Shown here: positions 46,111 through 54,660 of the stretch, one piece after another
Layout: every line of letters begins with the position of its first letter
Numbering within the stretch: position 1 is the stretch's first letter
NCBI GenBank assembly: GCA_015061565.1
Contig: SUWI01000001.1
Location: 21,505 to 85,504 of the forward strand
DNA from: Lentisphaerota bacterium
Lineage (GTDB): Bacteria > Verrucomicrobiota > Lentisphaeria > Victivallales > UBA1829
Reading direction: 5' to 3'
Length of the DNA stretch: 64,000 bases
Position numbers and translations under genes: made by a program
The notes under the pieces: model-generated
The model's database searches: none
Told to the model about the DNA's origin: nothing
The model's input: the letters and a program-made list of their open reading frames with translations, nothing else

Positions 46111-46758
46111 ATGTTTACTGACATCACAGCTGAACGATATATCAAAGAGCTTGTGTCCCGGTATCCGGTTCTGGAATCCGCCGCCGAAAGCCTGGACAAG
46201 GTATATGTAGCACTGAAAAGGTGTTTTGTCAATGACAAAACGTTATTTTGTGCCGGAAATGGCGGCAGTGCGGCCGATGCCGAGCATATCGTCGGCGAAA
46301 TGATGAAGGGATTCCTGCTGCCGCGTCCTTTGAATGACGCAATGAAGGCGGCTTTCCGTCAGAGCACCGGGGATGATTCTCTGGCCGGTCGCCTGCAAAT
46401 GGGGCTGCGCTGTATTTCACTGATATCACATCCTGCTCTGAATACGGCATTTATGAATGATGTTGATCCCCTGATGATCTATGCACAGCAGCTCTTTGTG
46501 CTGGGACGTCCCGGTGATGCCGTGATCGGGATAACCACTTCCGGCAATGCGGAGAATATATGCAATATGTTTAAAGTAGCGCGTGCGCGAAGCATAACGA
46601 CGATCCTGCTGACCGGCTGCCGTCAGGGAAAATGCGAACCTTTTGCCGATTTTGTTATTCATGCGCCGGAGTCTGAGACCTACAAGGTCCAGGAACTCCA
46701 TCTGCCGATCTATCATTGTCTTTGTGCCATGCTGGAGGAAAATTTCTATGGAAAATGA
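46111..46758 (+). CDS. gmhA: SIS-domain phosphoheptose isomerase
   Basis: Start MFTDITAERYIKE. LFCAGNGGSAADAEHIVGEMMKGF. ITTSGNAENI. Confidence 0.8.
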   Translation: MFTDITAERYIKELVSRYPVLESAAESLDKVYVALKRCFVNDKTLFCAGNGGSAADAEHIVGEMMKGFLLPRPLNDAMKAAFRQSTGDDSLAGRLQMGLRCISLISHPALNTAFMNDVDPLMIYAQQLFVLGRPGDAVIGITTSGNAENICNMFKVARARSITTILLTGCRQGKCEPFADFVIHAPESETYKVQELHLPIYHCLCAMLEENFYGK

Positions 46759-47458
46759 AAGGATCATTCCCCGGCATGTGGCCATTATCATGGACGGCAA
46801 CGGACGCTGGGCCAAACAGCACGGTCTGGAACGGGTGGAAGGACATCGTGCCGGCGCAATTGCGGTAAAAAATCTGGTTGAGTCTTTGAAACATACTGGT
46901 ATCCAATATCTTACACTGTATGCTTTCAGCACGGAAAACTGGAAACGTTCCAAAGAGGAAGTGGACGCCCTGATGGAACTGCTGGCAGAATTTATAGATG
47001 CCAATTTGCCTCTTCTGATGGAAAACGATGTCCGGCTGCTGGTTTCCGGCCGGATCGAAGGTCTTCCGGAAAAAGCCCGCGAAAAATTGAAGGACGCTAT
47101 CCGGAAAAGTTCCGCCAATACCGGCGGGACCGTCATTTTTGCCTTGAATTACGGTGGACGCGCCGAAATTGCCGATGCGGCAAAAAAAATTGCCGACCAG
47201 GTGTTGAAAGGGGAAATTTCCCCGGAACAGATTGATGAGAAGCTGTTTGCGCAGAATCTTTATCTTCCGGATGTTCCCGATCCCGATCTGCTGATCCGCA
47301 CCAGCGGTGAACTGCGGCTGAGCAATTTTCTGCTCTGGGAACTTTCCTATGCGGAAATTTATGTGACGGATACTTATTGGCCCGATTTCGATTTGGCCGA
47401 ACTGGATAAAGCTATCGATGCGTTCCAAAAAAGAAACCGCCGTTTTGGAGGTAGATAA
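46748..47458 (+). CDS. uppS: Undecaprenyl diphosphate synthase
   Basis: PRHVAIIMDGNGRWAKQHG...LTLYAFSTENWKR...RTSGELRLSNFLLWE. Confidence 0.9.
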   Translation: MENERIIPRHVAIIMDGNGRWAKQHGLERVEGHRAGAIAVKNLVESLKHTGIQYLTLYAFSTENWKRSKEEVDALMELLAEFIDANLPLLMENDVRLLVSGRIEGLPEKAREKLKDAIRKSSANTGGTVIFALNYGGRAEIADAAKKIADQVLKGEISPEQIDEKLFAQNLYLPDVPDPDLLIRTSGELRLSNFLLWELSYAEIYVTDTYWPDFDLAELDKAIDAFQKRNRRFGGR

Positions 47459-47459
47459 T

Positions 47460-48368
47460 ATGTTCATAAAACGTTTGTTCAGCACAATTGTTCTGCTTGC
47501 TCTGTTCGGTGCGGCCATATTTGCGCCCGATCCACTGAATAAAATTGTTTTTCTGCTGTTGAGCTCTCTGCTGACTTTCGGTCTGGTCCGGGAAATCTGC
47601 TATATTGTCAAGCATCTCGGTATGGAAACCTTTGAAAACATCACCGCCTGGTTCTGCACGTTGCTGATATTGCTGATAAATGTAACTTTTTTGGAATTAC
47701 TGCCTGCTTACAGCCATTACAAGAGAACAATATCAAATATACTGTCATATATCTTATTGTATGGTGTTGCCCTTGGCGGACCTCTGTTCATTCTTTTCTC
47801 CAGAAATTCCGGAGAAAAAATCAAAAAACTGTTCAATTCTATGGGAATTGCAGTTTTTACTCTGCTGCCGATATTGTTCATTTTTGGAATTTATTTCATC
47901 GGATATGGTTGGAGTTTAAGAGGCCGGATATTCAACTATTATTTTCTGATTTTTGTGCTGTTGACCAAGATCGGCGACATCGGCGCATATGTGGTCGGTA
48001 CCGTAAGCAATAAATTGATGAAAGGCGGCAATCACAAGATGGTTCCTTCGATCAGTCCGGGTAAATCCTGGGAAGGTGCCGCGGGCGGATTGATCATAAC
48101 CATCCTGCTGGCAATTGGTTTTCATTACCTTTTCCCGCAGGCAAAAGTTGTAGGCAGTATTCCGATTGCAATTATTACGGGCATCTTGATGTTTTTCGGC
48201 AGCATGGCGGGCGATCTGATGGAATCGGTGCTGAAACGGGCAGCCGGAGTAAAAGATTCCGGCACGACCATTCCCGGTATCGGCGGTGTGTTCGACCTGG
48301 TGGACAGTTTGTTCGTAACTGCCCCAGTCGCGTCTCTGATTTTTCTTTTTCTCATATTTTTCCATTGA
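47460..48368 (+). CDS. cdsA: Phosphatidate cytidylyltransferase
   Basis: Start MFIKRLFS (RBS GGAGG). Polytopic. Signature SPGKSWEG...KRAAGVKDSGTTIPGIGGVFD. Confidence 0.85.
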   Translation: MFIKRLFSTIVLLALFGAAIFAPDPLNKIVFLLLSSLLTFGLVREICYIVKHLGMETFENITAWFCTLLILLINVTFLELLPAYSHYKRTISNILSYILLYGVALGGPLFILFSRNSGEKIKKLFNSMGIAVFTLLPILFIFGIYFIGYGWSLRGRIFNYYFLIFVLLTKIGDIGAYVVGTVSNKLMKGGNHKMVPSISPGKSWEGAAGGLIITILLAIGFHYLFPQAKVVGSIPIAIITGILMFFGSMAGDLMESVLKRAAGVKDSGTTIPGIGGVFDLVDSLFVTAPVASLIFLFLIFFH

Positions 48369-48435
48369 GAGATCATTGTTTTTTTGTAAAAATGCTGTAT
48401 ATTGACAACTCCATCCAACAACTGGAGTTATTGAC

Positions 48436-48933
48436 ATGCAGAAAGCAGAATTGAGAAGAAACATCTTGCGTCTTCTCGGCGAAAACGGACGTCTTACGGC
48501 AGAAGAGATCGCCGAAAGAATCGACGCGGCCGCCGCGGAAGTCGAAAAAGAAATTCGAATTCTGGAAAAAGACAACATCATCATCGGTTATCAGGCCATT
48601 TTCAATGAATCGGAACTGCCTGAAAACGCCGTGAAGGCCATTATCGAGGTCAAAGTAAAGCCAGAACGGGAAGGCGGTTTCGACAAGATCGCCCGCCGCC
48701 TCAGCCGTTTCCCGCAGGTTTCGTCCCTCTATCTGATGTCCGGATCCTACGATCTTCAGCTCGAAATCAAGGGTCGGACCCTCAATGAAGTGGCTTATTT
48801 TGTCTCCAGCAAGTTGTCCACAATCGACGGCGTGTTGTCGACATCCACCCATTTTCTCCTGAAAAAATACAAGGAAGCGGGTAAACTGATGGAGGAGGAG
48901 GACGATCATGAACGGCTCCAAGTCACACCCTGA
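48436..48933 (+). CDS. Lrp/AsnC family transcriptional regulator
   Basis: HTH ILRLLGENGRLTAEEIAERI plus a RAM domain (YDLQLEIKGRTLNEVAYFV). Confidence 0.85.
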   Translation: MQKAELRRNILRLLGENGRLTAEEIAERIDAAAAEVEKEIRILEKDNIIIGYQAIFNESELPENAVKAIIEVKVKPEREGGFDKIARRLSRFPQVSSLYLMSGSYDLQLEIKGRTLNEVAYFVSSKLSTIDGVLSTSTHFLLKKYKEAGKLMEEEDDHERLQVTP

Positions 48934-50101
48934 AAAACGCCCGCTGGTGGCGCCTCATATCGCTTCGCTTCCCAAGAGCGGCATCCGCGATTTCTTCGAC
49001 TTGGTCAGCACCATGAAGGACGTGATCTCGCTCGGTATCGGTGAACCGGATTTCGTCACCCCGTGGAATATCCGCGAAAATGCTCTTTATTCCATCGAAC
49101 GCGGCCATACCCATTACACTTCCAACCTCGGAATGCTGCCGCTGCGCAAGGAGATCTGCAATTATCTCGCCTCGGATTTCCAAGTCAATTACGACCCGGT
49201 CAGCGAATGTATCGTCACGGTCGGCGTGAGTGAGGCGCTGGACCTGGTCATCCGCGCCATCACCAGTCCCGGCGATGAAATCGTCTACCACGAACCCTGC
49301 TATGTTTCCTACAATGCCGAGGTGAAAATGGCGCACGGCGTGCCTGTGGCGGTCGAAACCCGCGAGGAGAATGATTTTTCGCTCGATCCGGACGATCTGG
49401 AAAAAGCCATTACCTCAAAAACCCGCGCGATCCTGCTGAATTTTCCGTGCAATCCCACGGGCGCCACGCTGACCATGGAACAGACCAAACGCATCGCCGA
49501 CATTGCCGTCAAACATGATCTGATCGTGCTTGCGGACCATATTTATTCCGAGCTCACTTACGGTGACATGACGCCTCCGATCGCCTCCCTGCCCGGCATG
49601 AAGGAACGGACCGTCTTCCTGCACGGATTTTCCAAAGCGTTCGCCATGACCGGATTCCGCATCGGCTACGCCTGCGGCCCGGCGGCGATCATCGATGCCA
49701 TGATGAAGATCCATCAGTATTCCATGCTCTGCGCTCCGATCACCGCCCAGGAAGCCGCGCTCGAAGCTTTGCGGTCCGGACGGCCCGATATGGAAGCGAT
49801 GTGCCTCGAATACCGTGACCGCCGCAATGTGATCGTCGACGGTTTCAATTCAATGGGACTGCATTGTTTCAAGCCCGAAGGCGCGTTTTATGTCTTCCCG
49901 AACATCACTTCCACTGGTTTGAGCTCAATGGAGTTTGCTAAAAAACTCCTGATGAGCAGGAAAGTGGCGGTGGTTCCGGGTTCCGCTTTCGGTCCCTGCG
50001 GCGAAGGTTTCGTCCGCTGTTCATACGCCACTTCCATGGAAGGGATCAAGGAAGCTCTGCAGAAAATCGGCGAATTCATTAAAGAGTTGCCGAAAGCTTG
50101 A
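48908..50101 (+). CDS. Class I/II PLP-dependent aminotransferase
   Basis: SLGIGEPDF, NPTGATL, PLP-lysine region FSKAFAMTGFRIGY. Overlaps the Lrp/AsnC gene by 26 nt. Confidence 0.85.
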   Translation: MNGSKSHPEKRPLVAPHIASLPKSGIRDFFDLVSTMKDVISLGIGEPDFVTPWNIRENALYSIERGHTHYTSNLGMLPLRKEICNYLASDFQVNYDPVSECIVTVGVSEALDLVIRAITSPGDEIVYHEPCYVSYNAEVKMAHGVPVAVETREENDFSLDPDDLEKAITSKTRAILLNFPCNPTGATLTMEQTKRIADIAVKHDLIVLADHIYSELTYGDMTPPIASLPGMKERTVFLHGFSKAFAMTGFRIGYACGPAAIIDAMMKIHQYSMLCAPITAQEAALEALRSGRPDMEAMCLEYRDRRNVIVDGFNSMGLHCFKPEGAFYVFPNITSTGLSSMEFAKKLLMSRKVAVVPGSAFGPCGEGFVRCSYATSMEGIKEALQKIGEFIKELPKA

Positions 50102-50139
50102 ATTCTGACGGATTTCATTCATAAAAAAGGGGGTAATTT

Positions 50140-51672
50140 ATGAAAAAAAACGTCCTGCTGGTTCTGTTCTGTTTGACCGGAATGCTTTCCGCATCCGTTC
50201 CGGAATGGAAATACACGCTCAGTAAAAACGAAATCAGAATTACCGCATCAGTTCCGGCCAACGAGTACCTTTACCGGAAAGAAACTGACGCCGAACTGAC
50301 GGCTGACGGGATGGCTGTCAAGCCCGTCACTTTTCCGTCAACTGTGACGCATGAGGATGAATTTTCCGGCAAAACGGAAATTTATCCGGGCGGCAAGCTC
50401 CTGACCTGGGTTTTCCGTTCGGAGAAATGGAATTTTCCGTTGAAATTCAAGGTGAAATGGCAGGGCTGTTCCAAGGGAACTCCCAACGAACCTGGGGTGT
50501 GTTTCATGCCGGGTTCCGGCGAAATGACGCTCCGGAATTTCCAAGCTGTTTCCGCTCCGAAAGTCATGACTTTCGAACCGACGGAAGAACCGCTTTCCTC
50601 CCCTGCCCCGAATGCGGATTTTCCCAAGTTCGAAATCATCAGGGCCGAATCGGGATTTATCGGAGCGCCGCAGTTCGTCCAGTTTCTCAAGGGGGAAAAA
50701 CGGGAATTGTTTCTGAGTTTTGCCGGCAAAAATTTCTGGCTGATCCTGCTGCTGACCTTTCTCGGCGGCATCGCTCTGAACCTGACTCCGTGCGTGCTGC
50801 CGATGATCCCTATCAATCTGGCGATCATAGGGGCGAGGGACGGTTCCCGCTGGAACTGCATGTTCCGCGGTCTGGTTTACGGTGCGGGCATCGCGTTGGC
50901 CTACGGCATCCTCGGAATAGTGGTCGTGGTGACGGGCAGCAGTTTCGGCGTGATCGATTCCGCCTGGTGGTTCAATGCGCTGGTTGCGCTGCTCTTTATC
51001 GGGCTGGGATTGTCCATGTTCGATGTCTTCATATTGGATTTTTCCCGTTTCAGTTCCTCCCTGCCGGGCATATCCGGTGCGCGTTATGCGGGTATTTTCC
51101 TGATGGGAGTGATAGCCGCCCTGCTGGCGGGAGCCTGCGTTGCGCCTGTGGTAGTGGCCGCCCTGCTGCAGTCGGGCAAGATGTATAATTCCGGAGAAAC
51201 GGCCGGTCTTTTCCTGCCGCTGGTTCTGGGATTGGGCATGGCCCTTCCCTGGCCGGTCCTGGCCGGCGGTTTTGCCGTCATGCCCAGGCCCGGAAACTGG
51301 ATGAAATGGGTAAAATATATATTTGGCGTAATAATTATCGGTCTCGGATTGTATTACGCGTTCCTGTCCTATGAAATCGTCACTTCCAAATCCGATGATT
51401 CCGGGAAAAGCATCGATTTATTGAAAGAGTCACTCGGTCGATCGGCCAGGGAAAAGAAGCCGGTGCTGCTGGATTTCCGGGCCGAATGGTGCAAGAACTG
51501 CAAAGCCATGGAACAGACCACTTTCAAGGATCCGGCAGTGATTGACGAACTTAAAAACTTCATTTTCGTCAAATTTGACGCCACGGAAATCTCCGATCCG
51601 GCAATCAGTTCCGTCCTGAAAAGATTCCAGGTCTCCGGCCTTCCCGCCTACCTGATCGTTCAGGGAAAATAA
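50140..51672 (+). CDS. DsbD-like thiol:disulfide interchange protein (CcdA-type TM core plus C-terminal thioredoxin)
   Basis: Signal peptide and N-terminal periplasmic domain. TM core LNLTPCVLPMIPI. C-terminal thioredoxin fold with WCKNCK. Confidence 0.8.
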   Translation: MKKNVLLVLFCLTGMLSASVPEWKYTLSKNEIRITASVPANEYLYRKETDAELTADGMAVKPVTFPSTVTHEDEFSGKTEIYPGGKLLTWVFRSEKWNFPLKFKVKWQGCSKGTPNEPGVCFMPGSGEMTLRNFQAVSAPKVMTFEPTEEPLSSPAPNADFPKFEIIRAESGFIGAPQFVQFLKGEKRELFLSFAGKNFWLILLLTFLGGIALNLTPCVLPMIPINLAIIGARDGSRWNCMFRGLVYGAGIALAYGILGIVVVVTGSSFGVIDSAWWFNALVALLFIGLGLSMFDVFILDFSRFSSSLPGISGARYAGIFLMGVIAALLAGACVAPVVVAALLQSGKMYNSGETAGLFLPLVLGLGMALPWPVLAGGFAVMPRPGNWMKWVKYIFGVIIIGLGLYYAFLSYEIVTSKSDDSGKSIDLLKESLGRSAREKKPVLLDFRAEWCKNCKAMEQTTFKDPAVIDELKNFIFVKFDATEISDPAISSVLKRFQVSGLPAYLIVQGK

Positions 51673-51679
51673 ACACCGA

Positions 51680-51745
51680 TGACGGATAATTGACGGAACG
51701 ATGACGGGCCTTGATTTTCCAGATTGACGGTCTTTCGATCCGTCA
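51680..51745 (+). repeat. TGACGG(A/G) x3 with 11-bp period, plus a TGACGG/CCGTCA inverted pair
   Basis: TGACGGA 51680 and 51691, TGACGGG 51702, then TGACGG 51725 / CCGTCA 51740. Nearly collinear with the 709-737 array. Confidence 0.6.
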
Positions 51746-52310
51746 TTGAAGATCTATAAAAATAATGAATGTAATATTTCATTTCAGAAAAGATCGTATC
51801 CGCCATAAAATCTCAGAGTTGCCGCTGGCAGCCTGCCGGATTACAGTCCGTTTATCTAAACCGATCCGATGAAAAAACGCTCTTATGTCTCTTTGTCGAA
51901 AGATGTGGAAAATCAACCGGACAACGGGAGAAAAAAACCATATCCTTTCACCCTCTGACAAAAAATGACAGACCCTTTGGTGTATATTATTTGACAACAG
52001 AAAATTCGTAATGAGCCGGAACGGGTCCGGTTCGACGGTCCTCTGTGCCGAAAAAGGATCGCCCTCGTTTGAACTCGGCGAATTTTTAACGAAAGGAACT
52101 GACGGCGATGATTGATTTCATTTGGTCGTGCATTGTTGAGGTTGTCCGTAATGGCGACCAGCACTAGTTGCGGTTAATATTTCGAGTCGGTAACCGACTC
52201 ACTCTATGAGTAAGCACGTTCCGTACTCTGTCGAAGAACGGAACTATTTGAACTGCGGAAGACGCGGAAGCGTCATTTTGATTATTTGTTTTACTGAATT
52301 TGATGACAGA

Positions 52311-52349
52311 GCCGCATCCGCCGGATGCGGGTGCGGCGTATTTTTATTT
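52311..52349 (+). terminator. Rho-independent terminator-like hairpin plus T-tract
   Basis: GCCGCATCCGCCGGATGCGGGTGCGGC has nested stems CCGCATCC/GGATGCGG and GCCGCA/TGCGGC. It is followed by GTATTTTTATTT and lies 35 nt upstream of the ATG at 52385. Confidence 0.55.
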
Positions 52350-52384
52350 CGGTCAAAAAGTCCAACAACAAAATGGAGAAAAAA

Positions 52385-53206
52385 ATGCTAACAGAGTATA
52401 TCAAAACCGCCCTGACAAAGAATAATATCCAATACACGAAGGATGAAGACTCCTTCAATTTCAAACACCCGCTGTGTCCGAAGTTCGTGGACTGCCTCAT
52501 CACCTGGGAGGAAACGCGCAAACAGATACAGCTCGTTGCCGATTACGAGATCAAGATGCCGGCGACTCTGAGTAATGAGGAATTTGCAGCAATGCTCAAT
52601 GACCTGAATTACGACAGCAGCTGGGGAAATCTCGAAACGGATCGGCACGGACTTCTTGTCTACCGTCTTGAGACCTTCCTGCCGGACGGGCGTGATGCCG
52701 CCGTGGAAATCTGTTCCAGGGCGCTGGAGTATTTCCGGATGGCACCCATATTACAGTTCAGGAAAGTGGAAATACGGCTGAATCAGATCCACGAAAATGA
52801 ATCGAGCAGGAATATGTGCCGCGCCATGCCGGAATCGCTGAGAAGCGGCGTTATCGAACTGGAATGCATGCACCACCGTATTATGCAAATGGCGGAAACC
52901 GCCGACATCCTCTTCGATGAATTCCAGCTCGTCAACCAGGACGCCATGACGCAAACCCGTCTCGGCGACGCAGGAAAAGAGCGGGTGAAACGGGATGCCC
53001 GGGTTCTGCGGCAGGAGGAAGAGAAACTTCACGCTGATATCCGGGCTTTCGCGACCCGTTATCGTCTCCCGCTGAACTTGAAGGAATTGCCCGGCGGCTG
53101 GACTCTGCACGGATTCCGAAAGGATTTCGCGCTCACCGGTTTCCTCAATACGGCGCTGACGGACCTTTTTATTGCTCTCTGCGGAGGAAATCACCATGCC
53201 GCATGA
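52385..53206 (+). CDS. Hypothetical protein; N-terminal half weakly resembles the YbjN/T3SS-chaperone-like fold, C-terminal half is helical
   Basis: RBS GGAGA 5-6 nt before MLTEYIKTAL. N-terminal pattern IQYTKDEDSFNFKH...LITWEE...IQLVADYEIKMPA...LVYRLETFL. Fold assignment is by eye only. Confidence 0.5.
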   Translation: MLTEYIKTALTKNNIQYTKDEDSFNFKHPLCPKFVDCLITWEETRKQIQLVADYEIKMPATLSNEEFAAMLNDLNYDSSWGNLETDRHGLLVYRLETFLPDGRDAAVEICSRALEYFRMAPILQFRKVEIRLNQIHENESSRNMCRAMPESLRSGVIELECMHHRIMQMAETADILFDEFQLVNQDAMTQTRLGDAGKERVKRDARVLRQEEEKLHADIRAFATRYRLPLNLKELPGGWTLHGFRKDFALTGFLNTALTDLFIALCGGNHHAA

Positions 53207-53810
53207 CGATCGATTCTGGAAGTGGCCGCTCAGCCGCGAGATTTTTTTCGCTCCGGCCACGGCGGTCGGCGTGCGATGGACTTTTCTCGGACACCGCGAA
53301 TGGGGCTTTTCGCTGGACCGCAGATGGATCGTCTATCGTGACGGCGTGATCGGATGGGAGATGCTCCGGCGATGCCGCAATATTTCGATTCTGGCGCTGG
53401 AAAACAAGCCTCGCGGATTTCGCGGCATCGTCCCGAAACTCCGCGGGCTGGCAGAAGAAGCGAAAACTTTCGACCGGACATGGGACTTCCTGAAGGCGGT
53501 TTTCGACATCCCGGAAAACGAGATGCCGTATCTGCCCGAACTGCTGATCCGCCGTTATGGTGAAATCGCCTGGCATCCCTATGCACCCAGCCTGAATCCG
53601 AAGCGACGGTTCGTCGGCGACAGCATGATCGAAACCAGCGAACTGGAAGGCGACCTTCCGCTCACGACCCGCTGGGAGATCCATCACTGGAAATGCGAAT
53701 GTGACAGGAAGCTGGTCAGTTTTCAGAAAATACCGCACTGGGTATATCATTCCAGCGTGTGTCATCCTCGCTGTATCTGCGGAAAAATCGTGCAAAATCG
53801 GGAATCGTAA
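53196..53810 (+). CDS. Hypothetical protein with C-terminal Cys/His cluster
   Basis: RBS GGAGGA before MPHDDRFWKW. 11-nt overlap with the upstream gene. C-terminus HHWKCECDRK...HSSVCHPRCICGK suggests a zinc-binding module. Confidence 0.5.
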   Translation: MPHDDRFWKWPLSREIFFAPATAVGVRWTFLGHREWGFSLDRRWIVYRDGVIGWEMLRRCRNISILALENKPRGFRGIVPKLRGLAEEAKTFDRTWDFLKAVFDIPENEMPYLPELLIRRYGEIAWHPYAPSLNPKRRFVGDSMIETSELEGDLPLTTRWEIHHWKCECDRKLVSFQKIPHWVYHSSVCHPRCICGKIVQNRES

Positions 53811-53822
53811 CTTGTAACCAAC

Positions 53823-53865
53823 CCTCCGCCGGAGTAAATTAAGGAAATCCGGCGGAGGAAATTTT
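53823..53865 (+). terminator. 11-bp perfect hairpin CCTCCGCCGGA/TCCGGCGGAGG followed by AAATTTT
   Basis: 14-nt loop. Located between the stop at 53810 and the ATG at 53877. Confidence 0.45.
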
Positions 53866-53876
53866 GGAGAAAGAAA

Positions 53877-54608
53877 ATGACAAAAGAAGAATCGTTTTGG
53901 AACATTGCAGAAAATGTATTGAAAGACATGCTTCAAAAATTACCTGGACTTTGCCCGGACCAGTATGTTCTTCAAATATTCAAATTAAAAGGACAACCGC
54001 AAAACCCGGAAAGTGTTTTCCCAAAAAGCAAAAGAATAGATATATTTGAACAAGATACGCTGGACCTTACGGATGTTTTTGGAAATATTCTCACGTCTCC
54101 AAAAGTCAAATCTCCTTTCATGATTTTTATCCTTGAATCTCCGCACAAAAAGGAATTTGATAAGAATGGAAAACCCATTGGTCCTGCAATGGGAAATACA
54201 GGAATAAACATCAGAGAACACATTCGGGAAAATTTCAGAAAGCACATTAAACACTTTCAAAACTATCACTTGATATTAATGAATGCCATCCCGTTTCAAT
54301 GTTCACTTGGGGTAGAACCTCCAGGTTCTATTCGAGATGCGGTCTTTGACGCTGCTTGGGAAGATGAAAAAGTTGGAAAGTCTTTTTTCGAGGATAGATT
54401 AGACTCTCTGCTGAAAGCGTTACAAAAAAAGACTGTTGTCATTGTTAATGCCTGTACAGCGAGCAAAAGCAGAAAATCCAATGTTACAAAAGCAATACTA
54501 AAAAAACTGAATAAGTGGGTAAAAGAAGTTTGGGAAGTTCCGCATCCATCTTCACCTCATTGGTGCAAAGGGAAGAACTTTAAGAAGATATATACATCAA
54601 AGAGTTAG
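53877..54608 (+). CDS. Uracil-DNA-glycosylase-superfamily-fold protein (divergent), visibly AT-rich gene
   Basis: ILESPHKKEFDKNGKPIGPAMGNTG aligns by eye with the family-4 UDG motif GE.PG..E...G.PF.G.AG. LMNAIPFQC resembles N..KCRP. VPHPSSPHW resembles the HPS motif. About 80 aa of unique N-terminal extension. Confidence 0.5.
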   Translation: MTKEESFWNIAENVLKDMLQKLPGLCPDQYVLQIFKLKGQPQNPESVFPKSKRIDIFEQDTLDLTDVFGNILTSPKVKSPFMIFILESPHKKEFDKNGKPIGPAMGNTGINIREHIRENFRKHIKHFQNYHLILMNAIPFQCSLGVEPPGSIRDAVFDAAWEDEKVGKSFFEDRLDSLLKALQKKTVVIVNACTASKSRKSNVTKAILKKLNKWVKEVWEVPHPSSPHWCKGKNFKKIYTSKS

Positions 54609-54619
54609 ACTCAACGTTG

Positions 54620-54653
54620 TTCCCCGGTTTTGCAAGCATACAAAACCGGGGAG
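54620..54653. terminator. Bidirectional terminator hairpin between convergent genes
   Basis: TTCCCCGGTTTTG-caagcata-CAAAACCGGGGAG, 12-13 bp stem, followed by TTTTGCTT on the plus strand. Confidence 0.65.
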
Positions 54654-54660
54654 TTTTGCT

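Noticed and set aside
51990-52350. Possible tRNA, tmRNA, RNase P, 6S or known riboswitch in the gene-free stretch (GGTTCGA-like segment at ~52028-52036).
   Set aside because: I found no cloverleaf, no acceptor stem/CCA context, no tmRNA tag ORF, no RNase P GAGGAAAGUCC box and no recognisable riboswitch core. It is kept only as an unclassified candidate RNA in the findings.
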